57,399 nucleotides of DNA from Patescibacteria group bacterium (lineage in GTDB: Bacteria; Patescibacteriota; Patescibacteriia; XYB2-FULL-38-15), in NCBI GenBank assembly GCA_041737355.1, contig JBGSRW010000004.1, positions 1-57,399 on the forward strand, in the 5' to 3' direction. Each line of letters begins with the position of its first letter. Within the stretch, counting starts at the first letter, position 1. Under the pieces are notes generated by a model. It worked only from the letters and a program-made list of their open reading frames with translations. It searched no databases and was not told where the DNA came from. Positions 35,310 through 46,300 of this stretch are shown in pieces. The position numbers and the translations under genes were made by a program.

Positions 35310-37343
35310 CTATTTTTCCTTGTAGCCTATCTCCTCGTCGCACTTGGGGCAGAACTGGTGTTCTCCGGCCAAATAGCCGTGTATTGAACAAACGCTAAAG
35401 GTCGGCGTCAAAGAGAAATAAGGCAGATGGTACTTGCTGGCTATCTTTTTAACCAAGATTTTCGCCGCATCCCCGTTTGGCAGTTTCTCCCCGATAAACC
35501 CGTGCAGAACCGTACCTCCAGTATACCTTGTTTGCAGGCCGTCTTGCAAATCGAGCGCCTCAAAATAATCGTTGGTGTAATCAACCGGCAAATGCGTTGA
35601 ATTTGTATAATAAGGAACCGCGCCTTTCTCCCGGACCGCTTTTTCGTTTGCCACAATAATTTCCGGGTACTTGGCTTTGTCCCGTTTTGCAAGATTGTAA
35701 GCCGTCCCTTCGCCAGGCGTCGCTTCAAGATTGTAGAGATTGTTCGTCTCGTTCTGGTAATCCATTAATCTTTCTCTCATAAAATCAAGGACGGATTTGG
35801 CAAAATCCTGTCCCTCCGGAGTAGCAATACTTCTGCCCAAAAAATTAAGACAAGCCTCGTTCATCCCGATCAGGCCGATAGTGTTAAAATGGTTTCTCCA
35901 ATACTCATTAAATTTTTCTTTTATCGGAGCGAGATAATACCGGCAATACGGGTAAAGGCCTTTGTCGGTCAATTTTTCAATAACCTCTCTCTTTGTTTCC
36001 AAGCTTTTTTTGGCGAGATCCATCAAAACTGTCAGTCGATCAAAAAATTCTTTCCGGGTTTTTGAAAGATAGCCGATACGCGGCATATTGATTGTCACGA
36101 CACCGATAGACCCGGTCAGAGGATTCGCCGCGAAAAGCCCGCCGCCACGTTTACGAAGTTCGCGGTTGTCAAGACGCAGACGGCAACACATTGATCTCGC
36201 GTCCTCCGCTTTCATATCCGAATTAACAAAATTGGCAAAATAAGGAATACCGTATTTGGCGGTCATTTCCCAGATCGGATCCAGTTCTTTCTTCTCCCAG
36301 GCGAAATCCGGAGTGATATTGTAGGTCGGAATTGGAAAAGAGAACACTCTTCCTTTGGCGTCTCCGGCGATCATTACTTCGGCAAAAGCCCGATTAAACA
36401 TATCCATCTCTTTCTGAAAATCTTTATATTTCTCCGGCTGCGGTTTACCGCCGATAATTACCGCCTCTTCGGCCATATTCTTCGGCGGAACCAAATCCAT
36501 GGTGATATTGGTAAACGGAGTCTGAAAACCAACGCGGGTCGGGACGTTGACGTTGAAAACGAATTCCTGGAGAGCCTGCTTCACGCTTTCATAATCAAGA
36601 TTGTCATAACGGATAAAAGGCGAAAGTAAGGTGTCAAAATTGGCAAAAGCCTGAGCGCCGGCGACTTCTCCCTGGAGCGTGTAGAAAAAATTTACAATGT
36701 GGCCGAGAGCGCTCCGCAGATGTTTCGCCGGCTTTGATTCTATTTTTCCGGAAACTCCGCCAAAACCTCTGGCCAAGAGATCGTGCAAATCCCAGCCGCA
36801 ACAATAAGCCGCCAAGATTTGTAAGTCATGAATATGAAAATCTCCGCTCTGATAAGCGTCCCTGATCTCCGGAGGATAAACCTTGGTCAGCCAATAATGG
36901 GAACTGATCGCCGAATTGATATGGTTGTTCAGGCCCTGCAGGGAGTAAGCCATGTTGCTGTTTTCTCTGACGCGCCAATCAAGCTGTTCAAGGTAATCGC
37001 TCATCATCTTGTCGGAATCAACGAGCATCTTAAGCTCTCTGATTTTAGCGTGCTGGTCGCGGTAAAGAATGTAGGCCTTGGCTACCCGGATTTGCCTCGC
37101 CCTGATCAAAACCTCTTCAACCATGTCCTGGATTTCCTCAACCGCCGGAATAGACCTATGGTGGAATTTTTTGTTCAAATTTTTCACTACCTGGTCGGAA
37201 AGTTTGCCCGCCCGTTTTTCATCGTATTCCCCTACCGCTTCCATTGCCTTTGAAACGGCGGCCGTAATTTTTGCCGGATCAAAGCTGACAATCCGTCCGT
37301 CCCTTTTTCTTATTTCGGCAACTTTATTCTGATTATAAATCAT
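35310..37343 (-). CDS. nrdD: Anaerobic ribonucleoside-triphosphate reductase large chain (class III), lacking the glycyl-radical tail
   Basis: N-terminal ATP-cone (VAEIRKRDGRIVSFDPAKITAAVSKAM), conserved MCCRLRLD, and C-terminal Cys cluster VCSIHGYLAGEHQFCPKC. The ORF stops at ...DEEIGYKEK* before any RVxGY motif. ATG at 37343 is preferred to the upstream start at 37412. Confidence 0.9.
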   Translation of the reverse strand: MIYNQNKVAEIRKRDGRIVSFDPAKITAAVSKAMEAVGEYDEKRAGKLSDQVVKNLNKKFHHRSIPAVEEIQDMVEEVLIRARQIRVAKAYILYRDQHAKIRELKMLVDSDKMMSDYLEQLDWRVRENSNMAYSLQGLNNHINSAISSHYWLTKVYPPEIRDAYQSGDFHIHDLQILAAYCCGWDLHDLLARGFGGVSGKIESKPAKHLRSALGHIVNFFYTLQGEVAGAQAFANFDTLLSPFIRYDNLDYESVKQALQEFVFNVNVPTRVGFQTPFTNITMDLVPPKNMAEEAVIIGGKPQPEKYKDFQKEMDMFNRAFAEVMIAGDAKGRVFSFPIPTYNITPDFAWEKKELDPIWEMTAKYGIPYFANFVNSDMKAEDARSMCCRLRLDNRELRKRGGGLFAANPLTGSIGVVTINMPRIGYLSKTRKEFFDRLTVLMDLAKKSLETKREVIEKLTDKGLYPYCRYYLAPIKEKFNEYWRNHFNTIGLIGMNEACLNFLGRSIATPEGQDFAKSVLDFMRERLMDYQNETNNLYNLEATPGEGTAYNLAKRDKAKYPEIIVANEKAVREKGAVPYYTNSTHLPVDYTNDYFEALDLQDGLQTRYTGGTVLHGFIGEKLPNGDAAKILVKKIASKYHLPYFSLTPTFSVCSIHGYLAGEHQFCPKCDEEIGYKEK

Positions 37344-37461
37344 AAATATATTTAACTTAGACAAAATAAAAAAGCAAAAAAGCAACAAACAAGCTGTTAG
37401 ATTGTCAACCAATCAATGATCAATTTTGGCCCTATTTGCTTTCTTGCTTTTTTATTCTAAT

Positions 37462-38688
37462 CTACATTATCTTTTTGCGGAGAAACGCGGGAATATCAAG
37501 ATCCTCTCCCTCTTCACCCGAAGCAACTGCCGGTTTTGACGAAACAAAACCTTTTCCCTTTGCTTCCTTGTCTTCGGAATTTTCAATATCTCCAAAATCC
37601 ATAATTTTTTTAACCGGACGTTTCTGAAATTGCCCGATCCCCTGACCCCTTTCCGTCTCTTTGGCTTTGGGAGCCGCGACGGGAGCGAAACTGTGCGCGG
37701 CGGCCGGGGTTTCCTGCTCGAAGGAAGCCTTCCTTCTTTCGCTAAAACCCGTGGCAATGACCGTAATTTTCAGGGCATCTTTCATGCTCTCGTTGATAAC
37801 CGCTCCAAAAATAACTTTTGCGTCAGGATCGGCAGAACCGGTAATAATTTTGGCCGCTTCGGCAACTTCATGCATACCCAAATTGTTTCCTCCGGTAACG
37901 GTGAAGAGTATTCCTCTCGCCCCGTCGATAGACATCTCGAGCAATGGGGAAGAAATCGCCGCTTTTGCCGCTTCCTCGGCACGCTTTTCGCCGCTTGCTT
38001 CGCCAAGGCCCATCATGGCCGAACCTGCCTCTTTCATTATAGCTTTAACATCGGCGAAATCAACGTTTATAAGACCGGGAATCGTGATCAGTTCGGAAAT
38101 ACCTTGGACTCCGTTTTTCAAGACTTCGTCACAAGTCATGAAAGCGTCAATCAGGGAAGTTTTTTTATCAATAATTTGCAAAAGTCTGTCGTTTGGTATG
38201 GTGATAAGGGTATCAACCTTGTCTTCCAATTCTTCAAGCCCCCGCTCGGCAATGCCTCGCCTCTGAGCTCCTTCGAAAGAAAAAGGCTTTGTTACTACCG
38301 CAACTGTCAGGGCCCCCTGGTCACGGGCGAGCTGGGCAACAATCGGTGCCGCACCGGTTCCCGTTCCGCCTCCCAATCCGCAAGTAACAAAAACCATGTC
38401 CGCTCCCTTAAGGACATCCCTTATCTCATTCTGACTTTCCTCCGCGGCTCGTCTGCCCGTTTCCGGATCCATGCCAGCTCCGAGACCCCTTGTTACCGTT
38501 TTGCCAATATGGAGTTTCACTGGGGCTTCCGAATAATGGAGAGCCTGAACATCGGTATTGGCGACGATAAACTCAACACCGCGGATTTTTGCCTTAACCA
38601 TCCGGTTAATAGCCGCGCCGCCCGAACCACCCACGCCTATTACTTTAATTTTGGCAAAAGTTTCAATTTCTGGTTTTATTTCTGGCAT
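37462..38688 (-). CDS. ftsZ: Cell division protein FtsZ
   Basis: Tubulin signature [11 protein letters not shown]-terminal [13 protein letters not shown], and C-terminal conserved peptide [11 protein letters not shown]. Confidence 0.95.
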   Translation of the reverse strand: MPEIKPEIETFAKIKVIGVGGSGGAAINRMVKAKIRGVEFIVANTDVQALHYSEAPVKLHIGKTVTRGLGAGMDPETGRRAAEESQNEIRDVLKGADMVFVTCGLGGGTGTGAAPIVAQLARDQGALTVAVVTKPFSFEGAQRRGIAERGLEELEDKVDTLITIPNDRLLQIIDKKTSLIDAFMTCDEVLKNGVQGISELITIPGLINVDFADVKAIMKEAGSAMMGLGEASGEKRAEEAAKAAISSPLLEMSIDGARGILFTVTGGNNLGMHEVAEAAKIITGSADPDAKVIFGAVINESMKDALKITVIATGFSERRKASFEQETPAAAHSFAPVAAPKAKETERGQGIGQFQKRPVKKIMDFGDIENSEDKEAKGKGFVSSKPAVASGEEGEDLDIPAFLRKKIM

Positions 38689-38759
38689 AATTTTAAAACT
38701 AGTGAATCGGCTAATTAAATTTCAATCCACCGTTCCCTTTGATCTTCAATACAGACCAA

Positions 38760-39998
38760 TTACGGCATTAGGGATTTAAACCACTTCTTCATCTGGCTTG
38801 TAACTTTATCGATGCTCTTGAATTTAGAAATAAATCCTCCGCCGCCTTTCTCTTCATAAACCGAATTCCCCCAAAGAACAAGACCCAAGGCGGTTATATA
38901 AGACAAATCATTGACTTTATCGACTACGCTCGCCAATCTCTGCGGATAACCGAGGGAAACCGGCAATCTCAATTTTCTCTTGGCAACATCGATAATCCCG
39001 GGCAACTTCGCGGTTGAGCCTATAAGAACGACTCCCGAAGGCAAAAGTCCGCTTCGTCCTATTTTTTTCAATTCTCCGTCTATTTTTTCAAAAATTTCTT
39101 CGACCCTGGCTTCAATAATTTCCGAAATATATTTTTTGGAAACCAGCGTATTCTCGCTCGGATCAAAATCTCCCAGATTAATTTCCTCACGCTTGTTTAT
39201 TTCTTTTGGCAGCGCCGTGCCATACTCTAATTTTATCCTTTCCGCGGCATCTAGAGAAGTCCTGAGGCCGATAGCTACGTCGGAGGTAATAAATTCTCCG
39301 CCGATCGGCAGCATGGCAATATGCATCACGTCGCCTCCTTCAAAAACCGCGAGTTCGGTCGAAGAACGGCCGATGTTTGCCACGGCAATCCCCAATTCTT
39401 TCTGACGCGAAGTTGCCACGGCTTCCGAAGCGGCAAGAATGGAAAGGACGACATCTTCAATATCAACGCCGGTGCGGTAAATGCATTTTGTTAAATTTTT
39501 AATATGGGAGGTAAGCCCCTGGATAATCTGGGTTTCCACTTCCAGTCTCACTCCGCTCATACCCAGCGGATCGCGGATATTTACCTGATTATCTATTGAA
39601 AAAAGTCTCGGAATAACGTGTAAAATTTCAAAATTAGCCGGAGTTGCGACGGCTCTCGAGGCCTCAACCGCCCGCTCGACATCCCCTTCGTCTATTTCGC
39701 CGTTCGGCTTCGAGACCGCGACAACCCCCCGGCTTTTCTGAAAAATTATATGTTCTCCGGAAACTCCAACCCAAACCCGGCCGACGGGAACGCCAGTAAT
39801 CCTCTCAGCCGCCTCTAAGGCGGCGGCAATGCCCGAGGTAGCGTCTTCAACGCTCATTATTGACCCCCGGGAAATACCTTCGGAAGGCACTTCTACGGCA
39901 GCAATAATCCTCGGCACGCCAGCTTCATCCCGCTGGCCTACCACCACTCTTATCGCGTTGGAACCGAGATCTAGCCCTGTTATTGTCTCGCTCCTCAT
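38760..39998 (-). CDS. ftsA: Cell division protein FtsA
   Basis: Actin-like ATPase start GLDLGSNAIRVVVG, 412 aa, immediately upstream of ftsZ, with a C-terminal amphipathic KKWFKSLM. Confidence 0.9.
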   Translation of the reverse strand: MRSETITGLDLGSNAIRVVVGQRDEAGVPRIIAAVEVPSEGISRGSIMSVEDATSGIAAALEAAERITGVPVGRVWVGVSGEHIIFQKSRGVVAVSKPNGEIDEGDVERAVEASRAVATPANFEILHVIPRLFSIDNQVNIRDPLGMSGVRLEVETQIIQGLTSHIKNLTKCIYRTGVDIEDVVLSILAASEAVATSRQKELGIAVANIGRSSTELAVFEGGDVMHIAMLPIGGEFITSDVAIGLRTSLDAAERIKLEYGTALPKEINKREEINLGDFDPSENTLVSKKYISEIIEARVEEIFEKIDGELKKIGRSGLLPSGVVLIGSTAKLPGIIDVAKRKLRLPVSLGYPQRLASVVDKVNDLSYITALGLVLWGNSVYEEKGGGGFISKFKSIDKVTSQMKKWFKSLMP

Positions 39999-40071
39999 AC
40001 TGGCTCAAGTTATTTTAAGTTTTTTTATTATAAACAATTCAAAAACTTCTGGCAAGTTTTGGCCCAGGCCG

Positions 40072-40443
40072 TTATCCCCTGAAAAACTGGACAAAATACG
40101 GCCCCAGAATCAGCAGGCCGATAAAGACCGCTCCGATCGATGAAAGTAGAACTACCGCGGCCATAATATCCTTTATTGTTTCAACGTCCGGGTGCATTCT
40201 GGGTTTAAGCACATCTACCACTCTTTCAAAGACGCTGTTGATTAACTCTAACACCAAAACCATGATTATAACAAGCAAAAGAGCAACCGCTTCCCATACT
40301 TTAATCCCGAAATATAAAGACAAAATTAAAACCGCGATTGCCGAGAAAACCTGAATGCGGAAACTCTGTTCCTCTCGGAGAACCTGTTTCAAGCCCTTGC
40401 CGGCATAAGTAAAGCTGCGGATTAAACGTCTGAAACTCAACAT
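40072..40443 (-). CDS. dgkA: Diacylglycerol/undecaprenol kinase, DgkA family
   Basis: 123 aa with three TM helices. Family motifs FRIQ... and LELINSVFERVVD, plus KDIMAAVVL. Confidence 0.8.
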   Translation of the reverse strand: MLSFRRLIRSFTYAGKGLKQVLREEQSFRIQVFSAIAVLILSLYFGIKVWEAVALLLVIIMVLVLELINSVFERVVDVLKPRMHPDVETIKDIMAAVVLLSSIGAVFIGLLILGPYFVQFFRG

Positions 40444-40453
40444 ACTTTCTTAA

Positions 40454-40870
40454 TTATTTTCTTAAAACTGAAATAATTTTATTCTGCAGGTTGTCCATTA
40501 TTTTTTCTTCCCTGGCGCTTTTCTCATGATCATAACCGCAAAGATGGAGAAGGCCGTGGACAAGCAAAAATTCTATCTCATCATTTACAGTATGCCCTTT
40601 TTCCTTCGCTTGCCGGACCACCTTCGAATAACAAATAATAATTTCTCCGTCCAGGGGTTTCTCGCTATAGACAAAACTCAAAACGTCCGTAGCCAAATTT
40701 TTCCCGCGGTAAAGCTTGTTCCATTTTTTTATTTCTCCGCTGCCGACAAGGGCGAGGGAAACATCGGCGTTTCTTACTCCGGTTTTTTTAAAAACAGTTT
40801 TAACGATTTTCTCCGCCCACCTCTCCCCTACTTTTTTGCCCACCCGCTGATTGATTGAAAACTTAATCAT
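40454..40870 (-). CDS. ybeY: rRNA maturation endoribonuclease YbeY
   Basis: Zinc-binding motif HGLLHLCGYDH and a typical length of 138 aa. Confidence 0.9.
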   Translation of the reverse strand: MIKFSINQRVGKKVGERWAEKIVKTVFKKTGVRNADVSLALVGSGEIKKWNKLYRGKNLATDVLSFVYSEKPLDGEIIICYSKVVRQAKEKGHTVNDEIEFLLVHGLLHLCGYDHEKSAREEKIMDNLQNKIISVLRK

Positions 40871-40880
40871 TTTATTGGAG

Positions 40881-41864
40881 CTACGGATTGAGCTTGAAAC
40901 TTTTTACCATCATTTCAAAAGTGCTTTTATAATTCAATTCCGTTTTTATTCCCAAACTATAACTCACCGCGTAAATTTTATCGCCTACCCCGAAATAAAC
41001 CGTAAGGCCGTCCGGACTTTTTATACCGAGCAATCCCCCTTTTGTCGCCGCCGTGCCGACGTCGGCCGGATTTGTCCCCGGAGCTTCGGAAAGATACCAG
41101 TCCAAAAGAGGTGTCAGGTTCGGATTATCCTCAACGATAACTTGAATGAATTCTCCGGTCGCGGAGGTAAACATAACCTCCCTGTTCGACTCGTCAAGCG
41201 CCTTGGGAAGCCAGTTCGTGGGATAAAAAATTGAATATCCGTATGAAGAATTGGTATAAATTTTAACCAAAGACGTTTCCTCGATTTTTTGCGGAGCAAA
41301 TCCGGTCGGATTATAGAGATTGATCAACTCAAGACTGTCCGGATAGCCGTCTCCGTCGGTATCTGATTTCACCGAATCGGTCGTATAGAGAGCTTCCTCG
41401 GTGTCGGTCAGGCCATCTTTGTCCTCATCGGCGGCCAAGGGAGTTTCTTCCGGGACCGGAGGAGCGGGCGGCGCCGGGCAATCGGCCGGACAAATTGCCG
41501 AGCTCTCATCCGTTTCACAAACGCCATTTCCGCAAAGCGAGGTCGGAGTATTGTTGACCGGAGGAATGTTCACGGGAACATTTACCGGAACATTTACCGC
41601 GACATTGGTATTTACGTTTGTTTTGGTTTCCGGAGCCGGTTTTTTAGTCAAACTTTTCGTAAAAAGATAAGCCGCGCCAACCATCAATCCCAAAATTACA
41701 ACAACCGCCCCAACAATCAGGAGCATTTTTGATTTCGATCCGCCTCCGCCCTCTTCCGGAGATTTTATTTTAACCTTTTTAAAATAAAACTCCTCGGGCA
41801 TTACCTTTATTTCGACCGACGGTTCTTCTTTTTCTCCGAATGGTTTCATTTCTCCGTTTGACAT
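40881..41864 (-). CDS. Membrane-anchored protein: Cys-knot-like CGNGVCE module, TSP3-like repeats and a C-terminal beta-rich domain
   Basis: TM helix LLIVGAVVVILGLMVGAAYLF, then SLCGNGVCETDESSAICPADCPAPP, then DEDKDGLTDTEE and DTDGDGYPDSLE. The C-terminal domain is about 150 aa. Confidence 0.7.
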   Translation of the reverse strand: MSNGEMKPFGEKEEPSVEIKVMPEEFYFKKVKIKSPEEGGGGSKSKMLLIVGAVVVILGLMVGAAYLFTKSLTKKPAPETKTNVNTNVAVNVPVNVPVNIPPVNNTPTSLCGNGVCETDESSAICPADCPAPPAPPVPEETPLAADEDKDGLTDTEEALYTTDSVKSDTDGDGYPDSLELINLYNPTGFAPQKIEETSLVKIYTNSSYGYSIFYPTNWLPKALDESNREVMFTSATGEFIQVIVEDNPNLTPLLDWYLSEAPGTNPADVGTAATKGGLLGIKSPDGLTVYFGVGDKIYAVSYSLGIKTELNYKSTFEMMVKSFKLNP

Positions 41865-41899
41865 ATGCCAAATTCAAAAAAATTAATTTACTTCGGAAA

Positions 41900-42562
41900 T
41901 TATAACAATTTCCCGGGACCCTTGGGATCATAACCGGCCTTCACCTCGTCGCCGTCCGTATACGTATCGCCATCGGTATCGGAATTCAATGGATTTGTCT
42001 GATAGGTTTGCGCTTCCTCCCGGTCGGTCAGGCCATCAGCATCCGTATCTGTTTTTGCCGAATCAGTTCCCAGAGCCGCCTCTTCCGCGTCGGTCAGGCC
42101 GTCGCCGTCCGTATCAAGGCCAACAACCGGAGGCGGAGGCGCCGGACAATCGTCAAGGCAATTTGTCGCGTCTTCACCCGTTTCGCAAACACCGTTGCCG
42201 CAAAGCGAGGACGGAGTGTTGTTGACCGGGGGCGTTTCGACCGGCAGATTGGTGTTAACCACGGCCGGAGATTCCGGGACATTTGTTTGTAATGTATTTT
42301 TCGGAAAAAACTGCTGCCAGGCAAGATATCCGCCCACTCCTAAAATTACTGCCAGCACCGCGACCATAATTACTAAAAACATTTTTTTCCGCGGCGCGGG
42401 AGATTCTCCCAAATCTTCGGCCATCGCCCCGACCTGCGCCGGAGCGCCCGGACGGCCCGGCACGGTCGGCGACATCGCTCCACCCGGCCTTAACGGTTCA
42501 ATTTTAGCCGGCTCGGTGCCGGAAAAGATATCTTCGGGTTCTTTGTCAAACATAATTTTCAA
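41900..42562 (-). CDS. Membrane-anchored protein: CGNGVCE module plus TSP3-like calcium-binding repeats
   Basis: TM helix FLVIMVAVLAVILGVGGYLAW, then SLCGNGVCETGEDATNCLDDCPAPPPP, then DTDGDGLTDAEE, DTDADGLTDREE and DTDGDTYTDGDE. It is a paralogue of the preceding gene, with visible DNA-level similarity between 41512-41570 and 42179-42237. Confidence 0.7.
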   Translation of the reverse strand: MKIMFDKEPEDIFSGTEPAKIEPLRPGGAMSPTVPGRPGAPAQVGAMAEDLGESPAPRKKMFLVIMVAVLAVILGVGGYLAWQQFFPKNTLQTNVPESPAVVNTNLPVETPPVNNTPSSLCGNGVCETGEDATNCLDDCPAPPPPVVGLDTDGDGLTDAEEAALGTDSAKTDTDADGLTDREEAQTYQTNPLNSDTDGDTYTDGDEVKAGYDPKGPGKLL

Positions 42563-42580
42563 ATTATTAATTACTAATTT

Positions 42581-43321
42581 TTATTGAGTTATAATTTTCC
42601 CCTGCCCCAAAGGATTATATCCATTTTTGACTTCATCGCCGTCTTTATACCCGTCGCCGTCCGTATCGGGGTTCAAGGGGTCAGTCAAATAAATTCTTGC
42701 TTCCTCAAAATCGTTCAGCCCGTCGCCGTCCGTATCGGATTTTGCCGGATCGGTTCCGAGTGCCGTTTCTTCTTCATCAAACAATCCGTCCTTGTCGGTA
42801 TCGGGAAAAATTTTTATTTCCCGTTCTGGAAAAATATCGGCTTTCAACGGATCAAGTCCGGCGTCAATCTCTCCCAAATCGGAAATTCCGTCGCCGTCGG
42901 TGTCGGGATTATTGAGATCGGTTCCCAAAAATTTTTCCTCCTCGTCGGTCAGGCCGTCCTTGTCGGTATCAACCGTTCCAATATTGAAATCTTTAACCAA
43001 GGGATTGTGTTTATATTTTACTTCCGCCCCGTCGCCCAAACCGTCACCGTCAGTATCGCGGTTTGCCGGATCGGTTCCAAGTTTTTTTTCTTCTTCATCG
43101 GTCAGGCCGTCCAAATCCTGATCAGCCGGCGGCGAAACAACTTCCGGGGTTTCTCCCCCGCCCACGGGGATATTAACCAAAGAATTTGTCGCGGGCGTTT
43201 CCGTTCCGCCGGGCGTCTCTTCATTATTTTTTCCAAAATAATAAATTCCAAACGATGCCAGAAAAATTACAACCGCTATGCCTATCAATATTACAAATAA
43301 TTTTTGAATATTTATGGTCAT
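42581..43321 (-). CDS. Membrane-anchored protein made almost entirely of TSP3-like calcium-binding repeats
   Basis: N-terminal TM helix, then repeated D-x-D-x-DG-(L/I)-x-D-x-E units ([84 protein letters not shown]). Confidence 0.75.
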   Translation of the reverse strand: MTINIQKLFVILIGIAVVIFLASFGIYYFGKNNEETPGGTETPATNSLVNIPVGGGETPEVVSPPADQDLDGLTDEEEKKLGTDPANRDTDGDGLGDGAEVKYKHNPLVKDFNIGTVDTDKDGLTDEEEKFLGTDLNNPDTDGDGISDLGEIDAGLDPLKADIFPEREIKIFPDTDKDGLFDEEETALGTDPAKSDTDGDGLNDFEEARIYLTDPLNPDTDGDGYKDGDEVKNGYNPLGQGKIITQ

Positions 43322-43332
43322 TCTCTTTTTAA

Positions 43333-46300
43333 TTATTCAACTATGAAATTGACACTTCTCTCCTCCATGATGGCAGAGAAAATACCATCGCACGGCAAAG
43401 TACCAAGATCCGCAAGCCAATTAACCGTGGGGAAAGGAGCAGAATCAACCTCGCAAGATCCCTCAGCGGGCGACGAAGAAGTTCCCGCGTAAACCATTTG
43501 CAAATTATGCTCGCCTCTGGCCAACGTCCGTATTTCCAAAGTTTTATTATGATTGACCGGCCCACATTCAAATACTGGGAAATATCTACATTCAAAAGTC
43601 ATGTACCATCCGGCTAAACCGACATAATTACCATCGATATACACGCTAAAGGTATCATCGGCTGTAGAACCGGATCCAATTAGTAAATTAACTGTTACGC
43701 AATTCGGGTCGCCGTCAATGCAACCGTCAACGTTGCTGTCGTCATTGGTATCGCAGGCATTGCCAATTCCGTCATGGTCCGGATCGGGATTGCTTGTATT
43801 AACAATATTATTACAGGGGCGACCGGAGGCACAGCTTATCAGACAGCTTGACCGGCTGCATTCAGGAAAACCCGACAATTTATAAAAATCCCAAGGATTG
43901 GTTGTGCTAACGCAAATCCAACTCTGACTCGGGAGACTGCCGTCGCATTGTTCGGTCGGCGGATTGACTGTCCCGTCGCCACAAGTCGGGCCGGTTGCCG
44001 TGCGCAGAGTGCATTCGCGGCTGCAATAATTACAGGTTGAACCGTACGGCGCGGTACAAATTGTTCCATTTGCAGTCCCCGCGTCGCAAACTTCAACTCC
44101 AGTTTTAACATATCCGTCACCGCAGCGGGCGTTCAAACACGTACTAGTACACGAATCATTATTATTGGTATTGCCGTCGTCGCATTCTTCGCTTCCTTCC
44201 TTAATTCCATTCCCGCAAGAGCCGGGAGCATGACACGCCCCCCAATTTTCCCAGCTACAAGAACTGTTACAGGCAAGACTCCTAAATTGCTCATAACCGC
44301 CGCTTAAAGGGCAAACAAAACATGACTCGCCGTCGCAACTACCGCCAGGACAATCCGCCGGACGGTGGCAGCTCGCTCCATCGCGCGCTCCACCGCTGCA
44401 AGCACCAACGCTGCAATCATTATCGCTTGCGCACGGAAAACCATCAACCGCCAAAACTCCTTCGTAGGGAGTGCAGACGCCTTTCGCTGTTTCTGTATTT
44501 CCATCGCAATATTCTCTTCCTTCGTTCACAACTCTATCTCCGCAGTATGGCGCCGTACCGACACAGCCAACAGCACAATATGTTGATCCGTCTGATTTTG
44601 TTCCGTAGTGTCCATTATCAACTCCGTCGTCGCAACGCTCGCCCATGCCCGATTGTAAAATTCCGTCGCCGCACCAGGCCGGTTGGCCGGTTACCGCTCT
44701 GACGAAACGGCAACTTGAACTGCATTCGTAAGGATTACTCTCCGATGTCCCCCCGCCTGGGATTTTTCCACCGCCCGGTCCGCGGTCGCACTCTTCGCCC
44801 GTATCAATAATTCCGTTGCCGCAATTTGTTGAGCAGCTTCCCCAGTCATTCCATTGGCAGGTAGCCAAGTTACATGTCCGGCTCTGCCGTCCCGATCTTG
44901 GCGGAGCATCGGTTGTCGTGCACGATTGTTCGCTCAAAAGACAAGTTCCTTCGCCGGCTACGCAATCCGTATCGGCCGCGCAGGCCTTTCCCGTATTCAA
45001 CGAACAGACATTAATCATCCCCGGTTCACATTGTTCACTTGTGCCGATCGCTCCGTCGCCGCAGATGCCGCCGTTTTGATAAATTGCCGCGGCGGTACAA
45101 ATATTTTTTATCTGGACAGTACGCGAAGCCAAACCAGGAATATTGCTCCAGCCAAGCCCTTCGGCACTCGGATTATCTTCGGTATATTCGAAATCCGCGC
45201 CGACTTGGTATGAACCCGAGGCCGAATCAAATCTGTATTGATAAATATGTGAACCTTCCGGACAACGGTAAATCTGCGAATCAACGCTCCAGCAGGTATT
45301 GGAATCAAATTTAAAATTATCGCAAGAACCACCGGCGCAATCTCCGCCGTCTACGCAGCTATGCGTTAAATTATTCGCGCACAGTTTCGCGTCGCCGCAA
45401 CCGTTAATTTTGTTCAATGGATCGGTTGGCAAAGTAATGCCTGCATCCTTAGCCAAAACATTGACCCAGGAATCCCAAACACTCGCCGACATACCCCGGA
45501 CGTAAGTTCCCGCTTCAAGTTTCGGCGCAATCGCCCGCCCGGAAATCGTCTGACGCATTTTTTCCAAATCAACCAATCTTTTTACGTCGCGGGCCAGCTT
45601 GTCTTTTGGCGCGGCGCAGGTGTACTGCGTTGCGCCAATCTGGCAGTCAAAATCCGACGAGCAGGCTATCGGTAAATTTTCCCTCAACACGGAAATTCCC
45701 GCCGCGTCTTTGCAGACCTTGTCGTTATTCAAATTGGTATTGAATTTCCAGTTGCCAACCAGTTGGTTATAAATTTCCAGAGTGTCGGGGCTGGCTCCAT
45801 CGTTGTAAGAAATCAGATAAACATTGGTGTAAAGGGAGCTGGACTTGTTGGCTGCCGCGACGTAAACCGTCCGGCCGTCAACAATCGCTTCGTACCCGTC
45901 TATAATTTGTGAGGAGGGCGCGGCGTGAGAGAATCCCTGGGCCCGGTACCAGTCGGTAAGGTTAAGATGATTTGCGTTTTCGTAAATCCTGACGCCGATC
46001 GCGTCGGAGGAGAGCTGGCATGAACCGCCGGTTGATCCGCAATCTTCATCCGTGTCGCACATTGTTTTGGAAAGAGTGCAATATCGTCCTTTATTAAATA
46101 AGAAATACTCGCGGAATAAGTCATCGCCCGGAGTTCTTATTGCCGGATCGTTTTGAACAATCGCGGCCGGCTCGCCAAGCGACGGAAAATCGTCGCTCGT
46201 GTCAGCGGACTCCCCTCTGTCGCGGCAATAATATGTTTTAAATTTATAAACGTCATCTTGCCAACCATGAATAATATCAATGTCGTCCGGCCAAGGATTT

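Noticed and set aside
35111-35398. The 95-aa plus-strand ORF and the 60-aa minus-strand ORF (35209-35391) in the nrdD-nrdG spacer.
   Set aside because: Neither has a motif or a start context. The unlisted 43-codon minus-strand ORF carrying the RVVGY glycyl-radical motif explains the conservation-like signal in this region far better.
37343-37354. Perfect 12-nt palindrome TAAATATATTTA abutting the nrdD start codon. I considered it as an NrdR box.
   Set aside because: It has the AT core but lacks the flanking ACAC/GTGT arms, and there is no second box at the expected spacing of about 31-32 bp. AT-rich palindromes are expected by chance in this spacer.
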